Shown: positions 1-9,522, numbered from the stretch's first letter. The stretch: 64,000 nt of DNA from Oligoflexales bacterium (GCA_045105515.1 JBGCDR010000051.1:1-64000), one strand, 5' to 3'. Numbers and translations are program-made. The notes: generated from the sequence alone by a model not told the origin.

Positions 1-347
1 TCTTTTGCCTGCATCGAGACAATTTTTGCTTACTTTTGCGTATACCTCACATTTGTGTGCCTGAGAGTCGCTTGAACCGCCGCAATATCACCACTGGCAA
101 TCAGCGATAACGTTGCGAACCTGTGCCGAGCGATATGGCTACCGGACTACTGTAAACAGCACCCGTTGAACGCTGCTTTGAAATTGTCTCGAACAGTATT
201 GTCACGAAGACGTTTTCCTGGCTGCGTTGGGAACACGACGGCCCTAGTTAGCCGTTCATCCCGTAATTTGCTTAATACTTTAGCCACAACCGGAGCTAGG
301 TTAATGATTTGTCGAGATTCGGCAGTTTTCACTCGTCGCGATAAACG
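1..347 (-). pseudogene. Tyrosine recombinase/integrase C-terminal remnant with in-frame stops
   Basis: The minus frame reads KTAESRQIINL...VVFPTQPGKRL...CLQ*SGSHIARHRFATLSLIASGDIAAVQATLRHTNVRYTQK*AK. This matches the integrase HxxRH and LGH...T..Y boxes. Stops lie at 147-149 and at 30-32 (the catalytic Tyr position), with an upstream stop at 348-350. Confidence 0.85.
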
Positions 348-363
348 CTAAGAGTGTACAAAT

Positions 364-399
364 CCCCAGACGATTTACGTGGACACGGATCGTCTGGGG
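364..399. repeat. 11-bp perfect inverted repeat (CCCCAGACGAT...ATCGTCTGGGG)
   Basis: Arms at 364-374 and 389-399, read directly from the sequence. Confidence 0.8.
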
Positions 400-596
400 T
401 CTAGACGCCTAGCCAGAAGTTTCTCTGCGAGGGTTTGAAATTCTGTTTTTTGTTTACGGGCCTTGCTAATCCAAGGTCGAATTCTATTTATCAACAAATA
501 GGTTGTCGGTTAGTATCGGAAGCTGCGATGTATGAGCTAAGTCAATGAAACGATAAAGCTAAAACGTTAGTTTATGGTCCCTAGTTTAACTTCAGC

Positions 597-609
597 TAAT
601 TCGTTGATT
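597..609 (-). promoter_or_regulatory. IHF binding site flanking the tRNA 3' end (att-site context)
   Basis: Minus strand AATCAACGAATTA matches WATCAANNNNTTR exactly, 22 bp from the tRNA-Arg CCA end. Confidence 0.65.
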
Positions 610-631
610 TTACAGAGGTAGAAAAAATGAA

Positions 632-708
632 TGGCGCACCCGGAGCGATTCGAACGCCCGGCCTTCTGATTCGTAGTCAGATACTCTATCCAGCTGAGCT
701 ACGGGTGC
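632..708 (-). tRNA. tRNA-Arg(ACG)
   Basis: Acceptor stem GCACCCG/CGGGTGC, anticodon loop CTACGAA, GTTCGAATC T-loop, encoded CCA. Confidence 0.97.
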
Positions 709-883
709 ACAATTAAGAAAGCAATGTTTACCCAATCTGACGAAAATGAGCAAGAAAAAAAAAGTCGCGCTTTCAAAAAGATCGACTGATTAGAATAAAT
801 AATTTTTATTGCAGATATGAGTGAGCTAAAGATCGAGGAAGCATATTTCGTAGTGGAGTTTTTTTAATCTAGAAGACTTGGAA

Positions 884-973
884 TGGCGGAGAGTCAGGGA
901 TTCGAACCCTGGGAGCAGTTACCCACTCGCCACCTTAGCAAGGTGGTGCTTTCGGCCACTCAGCCAACTCTCC
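884..973 (-). tRNA. tRNA-Ser(GCT)
   Basis: GGAGAGT acceptor stem, CCACC-TTGCTAA-GGTGG anticodon arm, long variable arm, CCA. Confidence 0.96.
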
Positions 974-993
974 GGATCCAGGCTTGTTTGAAT

Positions 994-1083
<90 letters not shown>

Positions 1084-1210
1084 TTAGCACACCGACTTCT
1101 GCTGCTACAGAAGTTATGTATTGCGACACACTATTCAAGGTTTCTTAAAAAATAAAGCCTTTTCTTCATGTCTTGGCTCGGCGGAGAAAGAAAGGTCTGA
1201 TAGCAGATAA

Positions 1211-2107
1211 TCAGATGACTTCCTTAAGCTTCTTTATTCTTTCATCAAGAGGAGGGTGGGTACTAAAGAGTGTTGCAAAAGCTCCGCGCCCTGATATTTT
1301 CAAGCTAGCAAAGGCTGGCTGATCTTTTACAGCATTATCGGGCAGACCTGAGTTTTGTTTCAAGCGCTCTAAGGCTGCAATCATATCTTGCTTCCCAACC
1401 AGAGAGCCAGCACCGGAGTCGGCTCGGAACTCTCTTTGCCTTGAGAACCAATTAACAACAATTGCTCCCAGCAAACCAAATACAACCTGCAATGCCATTT
1501 GAATCATAAACTCTAGCATAAATGAAGGACCTCGACCGTCGTCTCTCATGCTTGAGGCTATTATTCGGCCGATAATTCTGGAAAAAAACAGGACAAAGGC
1601 ATTGATAACACCTTGGATCAGTGTCATGGTTACCATATCGCCATTAGCTATATGTGAAACCTCATGAGCTAGAACCGCGTTGACTTCTTTTTCATTCATA
1701 TTGCGTAATAGGCCTGTTGATACTGCTACTAAAGAGTTACTTTTTGATGGGCCGGTTGCAAAAGCGTTGATTTCAGGGCTGTCATATACCGCTACAGATG
1801 GCATCGATGGTAATTGAGCACCTCGTGCTAAGTTGTGTACTGTGGAAACTAGACCACGTTCAAGGTTATCCAGAGTATTTGGCTCGATTACCTTGAGCCC
1901 CATACCGCGGATTGCAAGAGTCTTAGAAAGCATAAGGGAAATGAAGGCACCTCCCATGCCCCAGATTAGAGACCAAAGTAAGACTCCTTCATACCCGACC
2001 CCATAACCATATAAGTACTGTTCGAGCCCTAAGAGCCTGATAACCAAACTAATAGTTAGCATGATAGCTATATTCACTAGGGCAAATAAGCCAAATCTCT
2101 TTATCAT
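1211..2107 (-). CDS. htpX: Protease HtpX (M48 zinc metalloprotease)
   Basis: NAFATG, AHEVSH.ANGDMVT, SRQREFRAD and STHPPL motifs. Confidence 0.95.
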   Translation of the reverse strand: MIKRFGLFALVNIAIMLTISLVIRLLGLEQYLYGYGVGYEGVLLWSLIWGMGGAFISLMLSKTLAIRGMGLKVIEPNTLDNLERGLVSTVHNLARGAQLPSMPSVAVYDSPEINAFATGPSKSNSLVAVSTGLLRNMNEKEVNAVLAHEVSHIANGDMVTMTLIQGVINAFVLFFSRIIGRIIASSMRDDGRGPSFMLEFMIQMALQVVFGLLGAIVVNWFSRQREFRADSGAGSLVGKQDMIAALERLKQNSGLPDNAVKDQPAFASLKISGRGAFATLFSTHPPLDERIKKLKEVI

Positions 2108-2242
2108 ATCGTCTACCTCACTGAGTTTGTTTTACTATTTAAAAAACCTGGCACAGAGCAGAATGTAAGTTCACCTGAGGCATATGCAAGAGGGTCTAAA
2201 GACGCCTTTTTGTAATAGTCTGAATTAATTAAATTATGTGGT

Positions 2243-2827
2243 CTAGTTAGCTTTAGTTACTTGGGAAAGCATATCAGGAGGTATCACAGGAGGAGGTTGT
2301 CTTAGTAGTGCGGCAATGCCCTTTATGATGCGAGCAGATTCTCCAGCTACATCCTGGCTTGGAACCCAAACGGCTCCAAAGCTTGCAGTCCCAGTACTTG
2401 AGTGCTCCTGGAGAGTTTCGATATTGTTAATAATCATTAATTTGCTTTGTCTATAATTAAAAGGCGTGATCCTAAGCGAAACTTTGTTCCTGAATACTTG
2501 CTTGTCGAGATAAAAGCTGTCCCATTCCGTTGTGATAACTCCGTTCTGTCTATCTATTATGGTGAGGTTGTAGTTTCTCATCAGGACATTTATTGCAGCA
2601 TTCCAAACATCCTCACTTGGAATCAAGATGCTAAAAGTCTGAGAATCAATGGGATATATTGTAGACTGATTGAAGTTCTTTTTCGCTTTTTTGCTTTCGT
2701 CTACAACTTCCAATTCATTTCTTTCTTGAAAATGACTTTGACCTGGTGGGATAAATTGCGGTACACAAGCCTGTAAAAGCATTGCTACCAAGCTTAGTTC
2801 CATGGACTTAACTAGTTTAAATTTCAT
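2243..2827 (-). CDS. Outer-membrane lipoprotein, BamC/NlpB-like helix-grip domain
   Basis: Lipobox LQAC; the VWNAAINVL...DRQNGVITTEW pattern is typical of BamC/DUF3576-type domains. Confidence 0.6.
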   Translation of the reverse strand: MKFKLVKSMELSLVAMLLQACVPQFIPPGQSHFQERNELEVVDESKKAKKNFNQSTIYPIDSQTFSILIPSEDVWNAAINVLMRNYNLTIIDRQNGVITTEWDSFYLDKQVFRNKVSLRITPFNYRQSKLMIINNIETLQEHSSTGTASFGAVWVPSQDVAGESARIIKGIAALLRQPPPVIPPDMLSQVTKAN

Positions 2828-3419
2828 TGGCTGATGGCTCCTTTTCTTTATGCTTGCGTACCCACAAAGAAAATGTCTTTAAAAATTTTGGTTCTCGGTT
2901 CGAGAACAAAATCACGAGAGCAAGGGCGCTGCTAAAAGCAATGAAACCAATGCTGCCGAAACTACCAAAATAGTATTCTGTCCAAAGATTTAAGTTAGAA
3001 CCAAAGGACCCCGCAGTAGAGATTGGGTAATGATTTGAAAAGACGATAGGCATTGTTATTTCAAGGGTTTGGCTAATTGCTGCTATGAAAAGCAACATAG
3101 ATGTCAGGAACTTAGGGAAAATAATTCTTGGGGAAATTTTAAAGGATTTTAAAAACAAGCAACATCCTGTAATTAAAGGAAATATATATGCTGATATCCC
3201 CAAATAGTAAACTGCAATTCCGGCAACCATGGTGCCCCACTTACCCGAGTGACTCTCAACTACAGCCTCCGGAATTGATATAGAAAATGGTGAAGGGGCA
3301 TGTGGTGAGAATGAAAATAGGCACGAATAGTAATATAGAATCAAAATGACGGTAAGTAGCCGAATATACTTCAATTGCGAAGTGGTCTCCGAAAGTGGTG
3401 CTATTGGGATCTCTGTCAT
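2817..3419 (-). CDS. Stand-alone FtsK-type 4TM membrane domain protein
   Basis: FSFSPHAPSPF...SGKWGTMVAG...LGISAYIFP...AGSFGSNL...YFGSFGS resembles the FtsK N-terminal 4TM pattern; there is no motor domain. Confidence 0.65.
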   Translation of the reverse strand: MTEIPIAPLSETTSQLKYIRLLTVILILYYYSCLFSFSPHAPSPFSISIPEAVVESHSGKWGTMVAGIAVYYLGISAYIFPLITGCCLFLKSFKISPRIIFPKFLTSMLLFIAAISQTLEITMPIVFSNHYPISTAGSFGSNLNLWTEYYFGSFGSIGFIAFSSALALVILFSNREPKFLKTFSLWVRKHKEKEPSANEI

Positions 3420-3498
3420 TATACCACAGCTTGCTCATCTCGATTCCTTAGACAACTGATCATAAAAAAGTCAGTTTAAGCACTTTACAGTTTAATAA

Positions 3499-3542
3499 TA
3501 TCAACTACTTAACATGCTTCTGCATCTGGTCCATTTCTTGCT
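3499..3542 (+). promoter_or_regulatory. Sigma54 promoter with upstream IHF site
   Basis: TGGTCCATTTCTTGCT (3527-3542, GG-N10-GC) and TATCAACTACTTA (3499-3511, exact IHF consensus), upstream of ORF 3596. Confidence 0.6.
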
Positions 3543-3595
3543 GATGTCTGAGAAAATCTATTTCTTTGAAATTCTTTGAACTACATTAGAGGAAC

Positions 3596-3940
3596 ATGTT
3601 CATGAGTTTATTTTCAGTGACAGAGCAATGGCAAAAGCACATGGCGATCGAAATTCCGCCACTTTGGCAAGTTATCTATTATGAAGGGATACATGGTCAT
3701 CATATCCTGTTCTCGCCTAGTGACCTAAGCTTATTTGAAAATTTTGATAGTCGAAAGGCTGCAGTTATCGATCAGAAGCAGGTGTCTAAAATAGGATATA
3801 GCTTATTACGCTGCCGGTCTTTTCGTGAAATGGTTTCCATCATCGATCAGTGGGAAGTGGGGATGAGGTGGCACATCTTTAGGCTATATAAACAATGGTT
3901 AATCGAGATTGAACAACGAATTAAAGCCTCGGCTCATTAA
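3596..3940 (+). CDS. Hypothetical protein
   Basis: 114-aa ORF with GAGGA SD-like sequence and an upstream sigma54-type promoter. Confidence 0.65.
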   Translation: MFMSLFSVTEQWQKHMAIEIPPLWQVIYYEGIHGHHILFSPSDLSLFENFDSRKAAVIDQKQVSKIGYSLLRCRSFREMVSIIDQWEVGMRWHIFRLYKQWLIEIEQRIKASAH

Positions 3941-4950
3941 AATAATGGAGGTTGATCATTTGAAAAGAGTGCTTTGACGGTACAGTTAGAGTTTTTCTTA
4001 AATGAGTCGCAGTATTGCTTGGAATATGGACCAAAAAAATAAATTTCTTTTGGCTTAACTTTCTCTATAACTTCATTAAAATCAGCCCCATAACTTGAAG
4101 CATTTAAATTGAAGCATCCACCGATACGATCCTGAATAATTGAGCTAGGCAGTGGTTCCAAATCATTCTTTATTACTAAGAATGGACGATCTGAGGAGCT
4201 GGGTAGCTTACCCTTCTTTGACGGGTAGTATGGGAAAAGCACAACCTTGTTCTTAGAACGGCGTTGCGAAAACTGCGAGTAATTTCCTAATTCTGATCCA
4301 TATGATTCATATATTTTGTTTACTTTGTAAATTTGATGATGAACTGCCAAGGGAATGTCATGTTCGCATAGCCATTTGGTTATTTCTTGAGCAGTTGGAA
4401 GTGCTTTGCAAAAAATTAGGGGCCATTTACCATTTTTTGTATAAGAAATGATTTGGTCCAAGAACGCTTCTTTTTCCCTATTGCGAGTTTTTGAAGGACT
4501 TTGCAAAGGGTCTGGAGTATGAGCTTGAAGTATTAACGTTTTAGCTTTTCTTAGCTGGAGTTGTCGGTGGGTCGGTATTTTAAGGGTTTGCAGGCTCGGA
4601 GCATAAAGAAGTGACTGGTGACTTGTTTCCAAGTAGAGGAGTGCACCACCAAATGAATGTCCAGATGGGAGAAGCTCCATTTTCAGCTGACCAATTGAAA
4701 ATGGTCGATTGTATTGACACACCAAGGCATTTGGCTTTTTACGGAAAGCTTCCAGTACCTTTACGGTTTCTTCGGTGGCTATGACCTGAGGAAGCAGATT
4801 CTTAATACTTTCTCTGGCAACTGAAAGAAAAGAGAGTTGGCCTGTTGAGTACGCGTCAAGCCACAGGATACTGTCTTTCAGATGGAGTCCATCCTCTGTA
4901 GAGACAATCCGCAATGTTTCGGGTTTTAGGTTTGCCTGTGGCATAAACAT
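3937..4950 (-). CDS. MBL-fold/beta-CASP nuclease-like protein, degenerate metal site
   Basis: ATEET...YNRPF.IG...ELLPSGHSFGG retains the AGH.LG motif, but HxHxDH is replaced by SVARES. Confidence 0.7.
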   Translation of the reverse strand: MFMPQANLKPETLRIVSTEDGLHLKDSILWLDAYSTGQLSFLSVARESIKNLLPQVIATEETVKVLEAFRKKPNALVCQYNRPFSIGQLKMELLPSGHSFGGALLYLETSHQSLLYAPSLQTLKIPTHRQLQLRKAKTLILQAHTPDPLQSPSKTRNREKEAFLDQIISYTKNGKWPLIFCKALPTAQEITKWLCEHDIPLAVHHQIYKVNKIYESYGSELGNYSQFSQRRSKNKVVLFPYYPSKKGKLPSSSDRPFLVIKNDLEPLPSSIIQDRIGGCFNLNASSYGADFNEVIEKVKPKEIYFFGPYSKQYCDSFKKNSNCTVKALFSNDQPPLF

Positions 4951-5225
4951 TTCCTTGGTCTAAGCACCTATGGACATGCTGAGTAATTTTCTATAACATA
5001 AACGGCTCGCTTCTGCATACAATCTAATATCCGACTTAATTCTTCTTAACAATTTAAACATACATTCTATCAAAGGTTCTAATAAGGAATTGTAGATTCT
5101 CTACGAAAAGAATACATGTGTTATTTATCCTGATGGAGCATAGTATCAAAAGCCTATATTTTTGTTGAAAAGACCCGTGAATGATTTTTCAGTTATAAAT
5201 AATTGGTTATAGTAGGCGTAGTCTT

Positions 5226-5241
5226 AGGCGCGATGCTTGCT
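5226..5241 (+). promoter_or_regulatory. Putative sigma54 promoter of mdh
   Basis: AGGCGCGATGCTTGCT (GG-N10-GC with TTGCT); a one-mismatch IHF site lies at 5196-5208. Confidence 0.5.
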
Positions 5242-5294
5242 CCTAAGCAAAATTCGGACAAATCAGTGACCTCAAAAAAAAGGAGAGAGGTTTT

Positions 5295-6278
5295 ATGGAA
5301 TCTTTACATGTAGCTATTACTGGGGCAGCTGGACAAATAGGATATAGCATGCTGTTTAGGCTGGCATCTGGTGAGGTGTTTGGCCATGACAAGAAGGTCC
5401 ATTTGCATTTATTGGAACTTCCTCAGGCGATTAAAGCAGCTGAAGGTACTGCAATGGAATTGGATGACTGTGGTTTTGAAACTCTAGCAAGTGTGAACTG
5501 CTATGATAATCCTAAGGATGGGTTCAAAGGAGTCAATTGGGCACTCCTAGTAGGTTCTAAGCCAAGAGGGCCAGGGATGGAGCGCAGTGATCTAATTAAG
5601 GCAAATGGACCTATTTTTGTCGGCCAAGGCCAAGCTCTTAATGGCGCGGCTGCAAATGTTAGGGTGGTAGTGGTCGGAAATCCTTGCAATACTAATGCTT
5701 TAATTGCTCAGCATAATTGTCGTGAGATACCTCCAACGCAGTTTTCCGCAATGACTGCTCTGGATGAAAATAGAGCCAAAGCACAGTTGGCAAAAAAAGC
5801 AGACACGGGGGTTGAAAATATCAAGAATATGATCGTATGGGGCAACCACTCTACGACTATGTATCCGGACTATGAAAATGTCAGTATAGATGGAAAGTTA
5901 GCACCAGAAGTAATTAAAGATCAAAATTGGTTTGAGTCTGACTTCATACCTTGTGTGCAAAAGCGAGGAGCAGCAATTATTGCCGCGAGAGGAAAGTCTT
6001 CTGCAGCATCGGCAGCTTCAGCTTGCATAGACCATATTAAGCGTTTTTCGACTCCCTCGAAACCTGGCGAGTACTTTTCAGCGGCAGTTCCTAGTGATGG
6101 AAAATTATATGACATTCCCCAGGGTCTGATGTTTTCTTTTCCTATAAAATCTCTAGGAAATGGTAAATATGAGATTGCTTCAGATTTCAACTTGAGCGCT
6201 AATGCTCAAGCAAAGCTTAAAGCAACTGCCGATGAACTTGTGGGCGAAAGAGAATTTGTTAAAGACTTATTGGGGTAA
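5295..6278 (+). CDS. mdh: Malate dehydrogenase (MDH type 2)
   Basis: VAITGAAGQIGY, PRGPGMERSDL, VVGNPCNTN, WGNHS motifs. Confidence 0.96.
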   Translation: MESLHVAITGAAGQIGYSMLFRLASGEVFGHDKKVHLHLLELPQAIKAAEGTAMELDDCGFETLASVNCYDNPKDGFKGVNWALLVGSKPRGPGMERSDLIKANGPIFVGQGQALNGAAANVRVVVVGNPCNTNALIAQHNCREIPPTQFSAMTALDENRAKAQLAKKADTGVENIKNMIVWGNHSTTMYPDYENVSIDGKLAPEVIKDQNWFESDFIPCVQKRGAAIIAARGKSSAASAASACIDHIKRFSTPSKPGEYFSAAVPSDGKLYDIPQGLMFSFPIKSLGNGKYEIASDFNLSANAQAKLKATADELVGEREFVKDLLG

Positions 6279-7382
6279 TGTGAATATTGCTTCGCCCAAT
6301 TTACTTCCCATCGAGTGCAATGAGAAAAAGCTCTTGGCAAGAGATGCACGCAGGTCTCTAGCTATATTGGTTTCGCTTATGCTCTTTTCTAATAGATTTT
6401 TGAGCTGCAACACAACTTCAGGGCTAGACTTCCCTTTATAGCTTTCTCCTGCCCCCATAAAAAGAACTTCATTTAAAGCCCCAACTCCCGATACAAAGAT
6501 CGGGGTACCGCAGAGAAGAAACTCTTGAGCGACCCTGCAGATTTCTTCTGAACCTAGGCTTGGTATTGCTCCTAAGCTTGCATTGCTTAGAAGAAGTGTT
6601 GGGTCATCAATTTTGTTGCAGTTGATGATAACATCTTCCCCTAGCCGTAGTTCATTGAGTTTTACTTCCCGTTCAAGTTGATCTTTGCTGGTATTGGCAG
6701 GTAAGCCTACAATTTTTAGACGGGGTAAAAGCTGATGCATTATCATTGCAGGATCCCACATTTTTAAGAGCTGCCTAAATAGCTTAATAAATTCAATGTG
6801 ACCTTTTATGGGATCAAGACGTCCAAATATTAAGATTACTGGTCTTTTGCTCCTTTCAAAAGGATCAGCTGCTGGGTGAGGTTTAAATAGCTTGGTGTCT
6901 ATGCCCAGGTTAAGCGTGAGTACTTTTGGAATCTTCTTAAAATGCTCAAAGGTTTTACTAATTCTATTGCTGGGGCTTAAAAGTAAATCTATGTGTCTAT
7001 GAGAGAAGTAAAATATCCATGGAAAATTTAAAGATCTGGATTTAATCGCATCTCCTTGAAACCTAAAAATCATTAGATTTTTCTTTTTAGGTAGAAACTT
7101 GCACAAAAATTCCTCAGGGCCGCCATAGACTATGATCACATCGGGTTTAATGGACTTGAAATGGTATAAAAAATTAAACAATTGTGCATATTTAAAGCTT
7201 GAAAAACTGAGTGTTTTTAAGTTTTGTGCAATAGCTTTTTTTTCTCCCGGAGAGTTTTTGAGAGGAGAAAACACACACTGATGACCGTGAATCTCAAGTG
7301 CTTTTGTAGCATTGATTGCATAAGCTGTAATTGCACTATACCAACGGTTCGAAATTAGATGCCATATTTTTTTTGCTTTCAC
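6267..7382 (-). CDS. Glycosyltransferase family 4
   Basis: FGRLDPIKGH and PSLGSEEICRVAQE (E-x7-E-like) motifs. Confidence 0.85.
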   Translation of the reverse strand: MKAKKIWHLISNRWYSAITAYAINATKALEIHGHQCVFSPLKNSPGEKKAIAQNLKTLSFSSFKYAQLFNFLYHFKSIKPDVIIVYGGPEEFLCKFLPKKKNLMIFRFQGDAIKSRSLNFPWIFYFSHRHIDLLLSPSNRISKTFEHFKKIPKVLTLNLGIDTKLFKPHPAADPFERSKRPVILIFGRLDPIKGHIEFIKLFRQLLKMWDPAMIMHQLLPRLKIVGLPANTSKDQLEREVKLNELRLGEDVIINCNKIDDPTLLLSNASLGAIPSLGSEEICRVAQEFLLCGTPIFVSGVGALNEVLFMGAGESYKGKSSPEVVLQLKNLLEKSISETNIARDLRASLAKSFFSLHSMGSKLGEAIFTLPQ

Positions 7383-7388
7383 TGCCGT

Positions 7389-8150
7389 CTACTTCCTTAA
7401 GTGATATAGCTCTTTTAGTTTTGCATATTTCACAAACGCATAGAGGCTGCTCAAAAGGGCATAGCAATATCCTGGGTATCCGTCAAGAAATCCGAGTCTA
7501 AAAAAATAACGGTATAAAAACTCAGTCCAGGGACGAAGTACATGAAAAAAATTTATGGTTCTGCCATGATCAAAATGGTTGCTTGCAATTTTACTTGTAT
7601 ATTTATTGAAGCGATCAAAGTAATCGGAGATATTTTCATAACTATAGTGAAATAAACAACCCGCAAGGTTTCCGAGTTTTCCCTCTACTTTAAGCTGTTC
7701 GTGGATTGCTTTGGTAAATGTGGCTTCTCCATTGATAAAGAGTCTTAAAGGTTTATCAGAGCTTTTTCCAAATTTTAAAATCCTTTCCATGAATATGAGC
7801 TGGCGCTTTATTCTGTAAGCATTATGAACCTGTTGATGAGAGGATTGGATGAGCTTGGTGATTTCTTCACTAAGTTCGAGGCTTAAAATCTCGTCAGCAT
7901 CTATAGACAATACCCATTTGCGAGAAGCTAGAGATAATGCGGCATTCTTTTGAGAAGCGTAATTATCAAAAACTCTGGTACTAACCTTGGCGCCAGCTTT
8001 TTTAGCAACTTCAATAGTTTTGTCGGTACTTCCTGAGTCTAGCACAATAATTTCACAGCCTTTTGGCAAGCTAGCAATGGCTTTGGAAATCCGTTTTTCT
8101 TCATTTAAGGTGATAAAAATTGCGCTTAGGTCGAGGTTTCTTGAGTCCAT
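7389..8150 (-). CDS. Glycosyltransferase family 2 (WaaE/KdtX-like)
   Basis: ITLNEE, DSGSTDKT, SIDADE, GFLDG..G motifs. Confidence 0.9.
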   Translation of the reverse strand: MDSRNLDLSAIFITLNEEKRISKAIASLPKGCEIIVLDSGSTDKTIEVAKKAGAKVSTRVFDNYASQKNAALSLASRKWVLSIDADEILSLELSEEITKLIQSSHQQVHNAYRIKRQLIFMERILKFGKSSDKPLRLFINGEATFTKAIHEQLKVEGKLGNLAGCLFHYSYENISDYFDRFNKYTSKIASNHFDHGRTINFFHVLRPWTEFLYRYFFRLGFLDGYPGYCYALLSSLYAFVKYAKLKELYHLRK

Positions 8151-8391
8151 AAAGTATGCTTTACTACGTTTGGGTTAAGGTGTTTTAAAAGTTTGTGCGA
8201 GATGAAATTCTGTTTTGCACAGATTGGCACATGAGGTTTCCTCTAATTTTCATAGCAGCAAGAGTTTAACAAATGCCAAAGCTCCTGACAAAGCGTGAAA
8301 ATATAGATTGATTGTGGTAAGGAAGGTCCATTGGTATATAAATATTTTCCGATCGTTAATTGAAGTCGCTTTTGCTTTTATAGGTGATGAT

Positions 8392-9501
8392 TTGAAGAAA
8401 ACGGCGTTATACGAACAACATGTACGCTTACAGGCTAAGCTAGTCGATTTTAGCGGCTGGAAAATGCCAATTTCTTACCAGAGTGTGCTTGCTGAGCACC
8501 ACCATGTGCGATCAAAACTGGGTATTTTTGATGTAAGCCATATGGGGGAGTTTTGGGTCCGGGGACCTGATGCTCAGGCATTCTTACAGTTCTTAACTAT
8601 TAATGATGTAAACCGCCTAGAGGTTGGCCATGGGCAATATTCAGCCATATGTAATCATCAAGGTGGGATGATAGATGACTTAATTCTATACAGGACCGAA
8701 GAGCAAGAGTTCTTTATATGCGTTAATGCAGCGAATATCAGCAAGGACTTTGAATGGTTCCAACACTCTTTATCGGATTTTGATGGGGTTGAGTTAGAGA
8801 ACGTATCTTCTAGCTGGAGTCAAATTGCAGTTCAAGGTCCTAATAGCCAAGCAGCCATTATGAGCATTGTAAATGCACAGGATCAAGAGCGGGTTTTAGG
8901 TCTGCCTTACACTCAAATCATGGATATTTCCTTTGGCAATACTACATGCAAGCTAGCTAGAACTGGATATACAGGAGAAAAAGGTTATGAGATATACATC
9001 CCCAATAGTGCAGCAGAGGCTTGTTGGCAAGCTTTACTTGCTACCGAACCTCAAACAGAAGTAAAGCCAATCGGCTTGGGAGCTAGAGATACCTTGCGTC
9101 TTGAGGCTTGCTATCTCTTATATGGCAATGATATGGATGAAAGTGTTACTCCTTTGGAGGCTGGTATAGCATGGGCCACAAAGCTTGAGAGCTCTGGTTT
9201 TTGTGGAAAAGAAGCAATAGCAAAACAAAAGGCAGCTGGTGTTCCGAGGAAATTATGTTCTTTCCTATTTGAAGACCAGGGGGTACCAAGGAAAGGCATG
9301 CGTGTTCTCAAAGGAGAAGATGAACTTGGAATTGTTACAAGTGGTTCCGTTCTCCCTAGTGTTGGGGGAAGTGGGGGTTTTGCGCTTGTTAGTGCTGGCA
9401 AAGTTAAAGTCGGTGATGTGATAGAGGTTGATGTTCGCGGAAAGTTAAAGAAAGCAAAGCTTGTAAAAAAGCCTTTCTACAAAGCAAAAACAAAAGATTG
9501 A
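8392..9501 (+). CDS. gcvT: Glycine cleavage system aminomethyltransferase T
   Basis: KKTALYE.H, FDVSHMGE, RTGYTGE, GLGARDTLRLEA. Start moved to TTG 8392 after an AGGTGA SD. Confidence 0.95.
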   Translation: MKKTALYEQHVRLQAKLVDFSGWKMPISYQSVLAEHHHVRSKLGIFDVSHMGEFWVRGPDAQAFLQFLTINDVNRLEVGHGQYSAICNHQGGMIDDLILYRTEEQEFFICVNAANISKDFEWFQHSLSDFDGVELENVSSSWSQIAVQGPNSQAAIMSIVNAQDQERVLGLPYTQIMDISFGNTTCKLARTGYTGEKGYEIYIPNSAAEACWQALLATEPQTEVKPIGLGARDTLRLEACYLLYGNDMDESVTPLEAGIAWATKLESSGFCGKEAIAKQKAAGVPRKLCSFLFEDQGVPRKGMRVLKGEDELGIVTSGSVLPSVGGSGGFALVSAGKVKVGDVIEVDVRGKLKKAKLVKKPFYKAKTKD

Positions 9502-9522
9502 AAGACATGTAAGGAGGAATAT

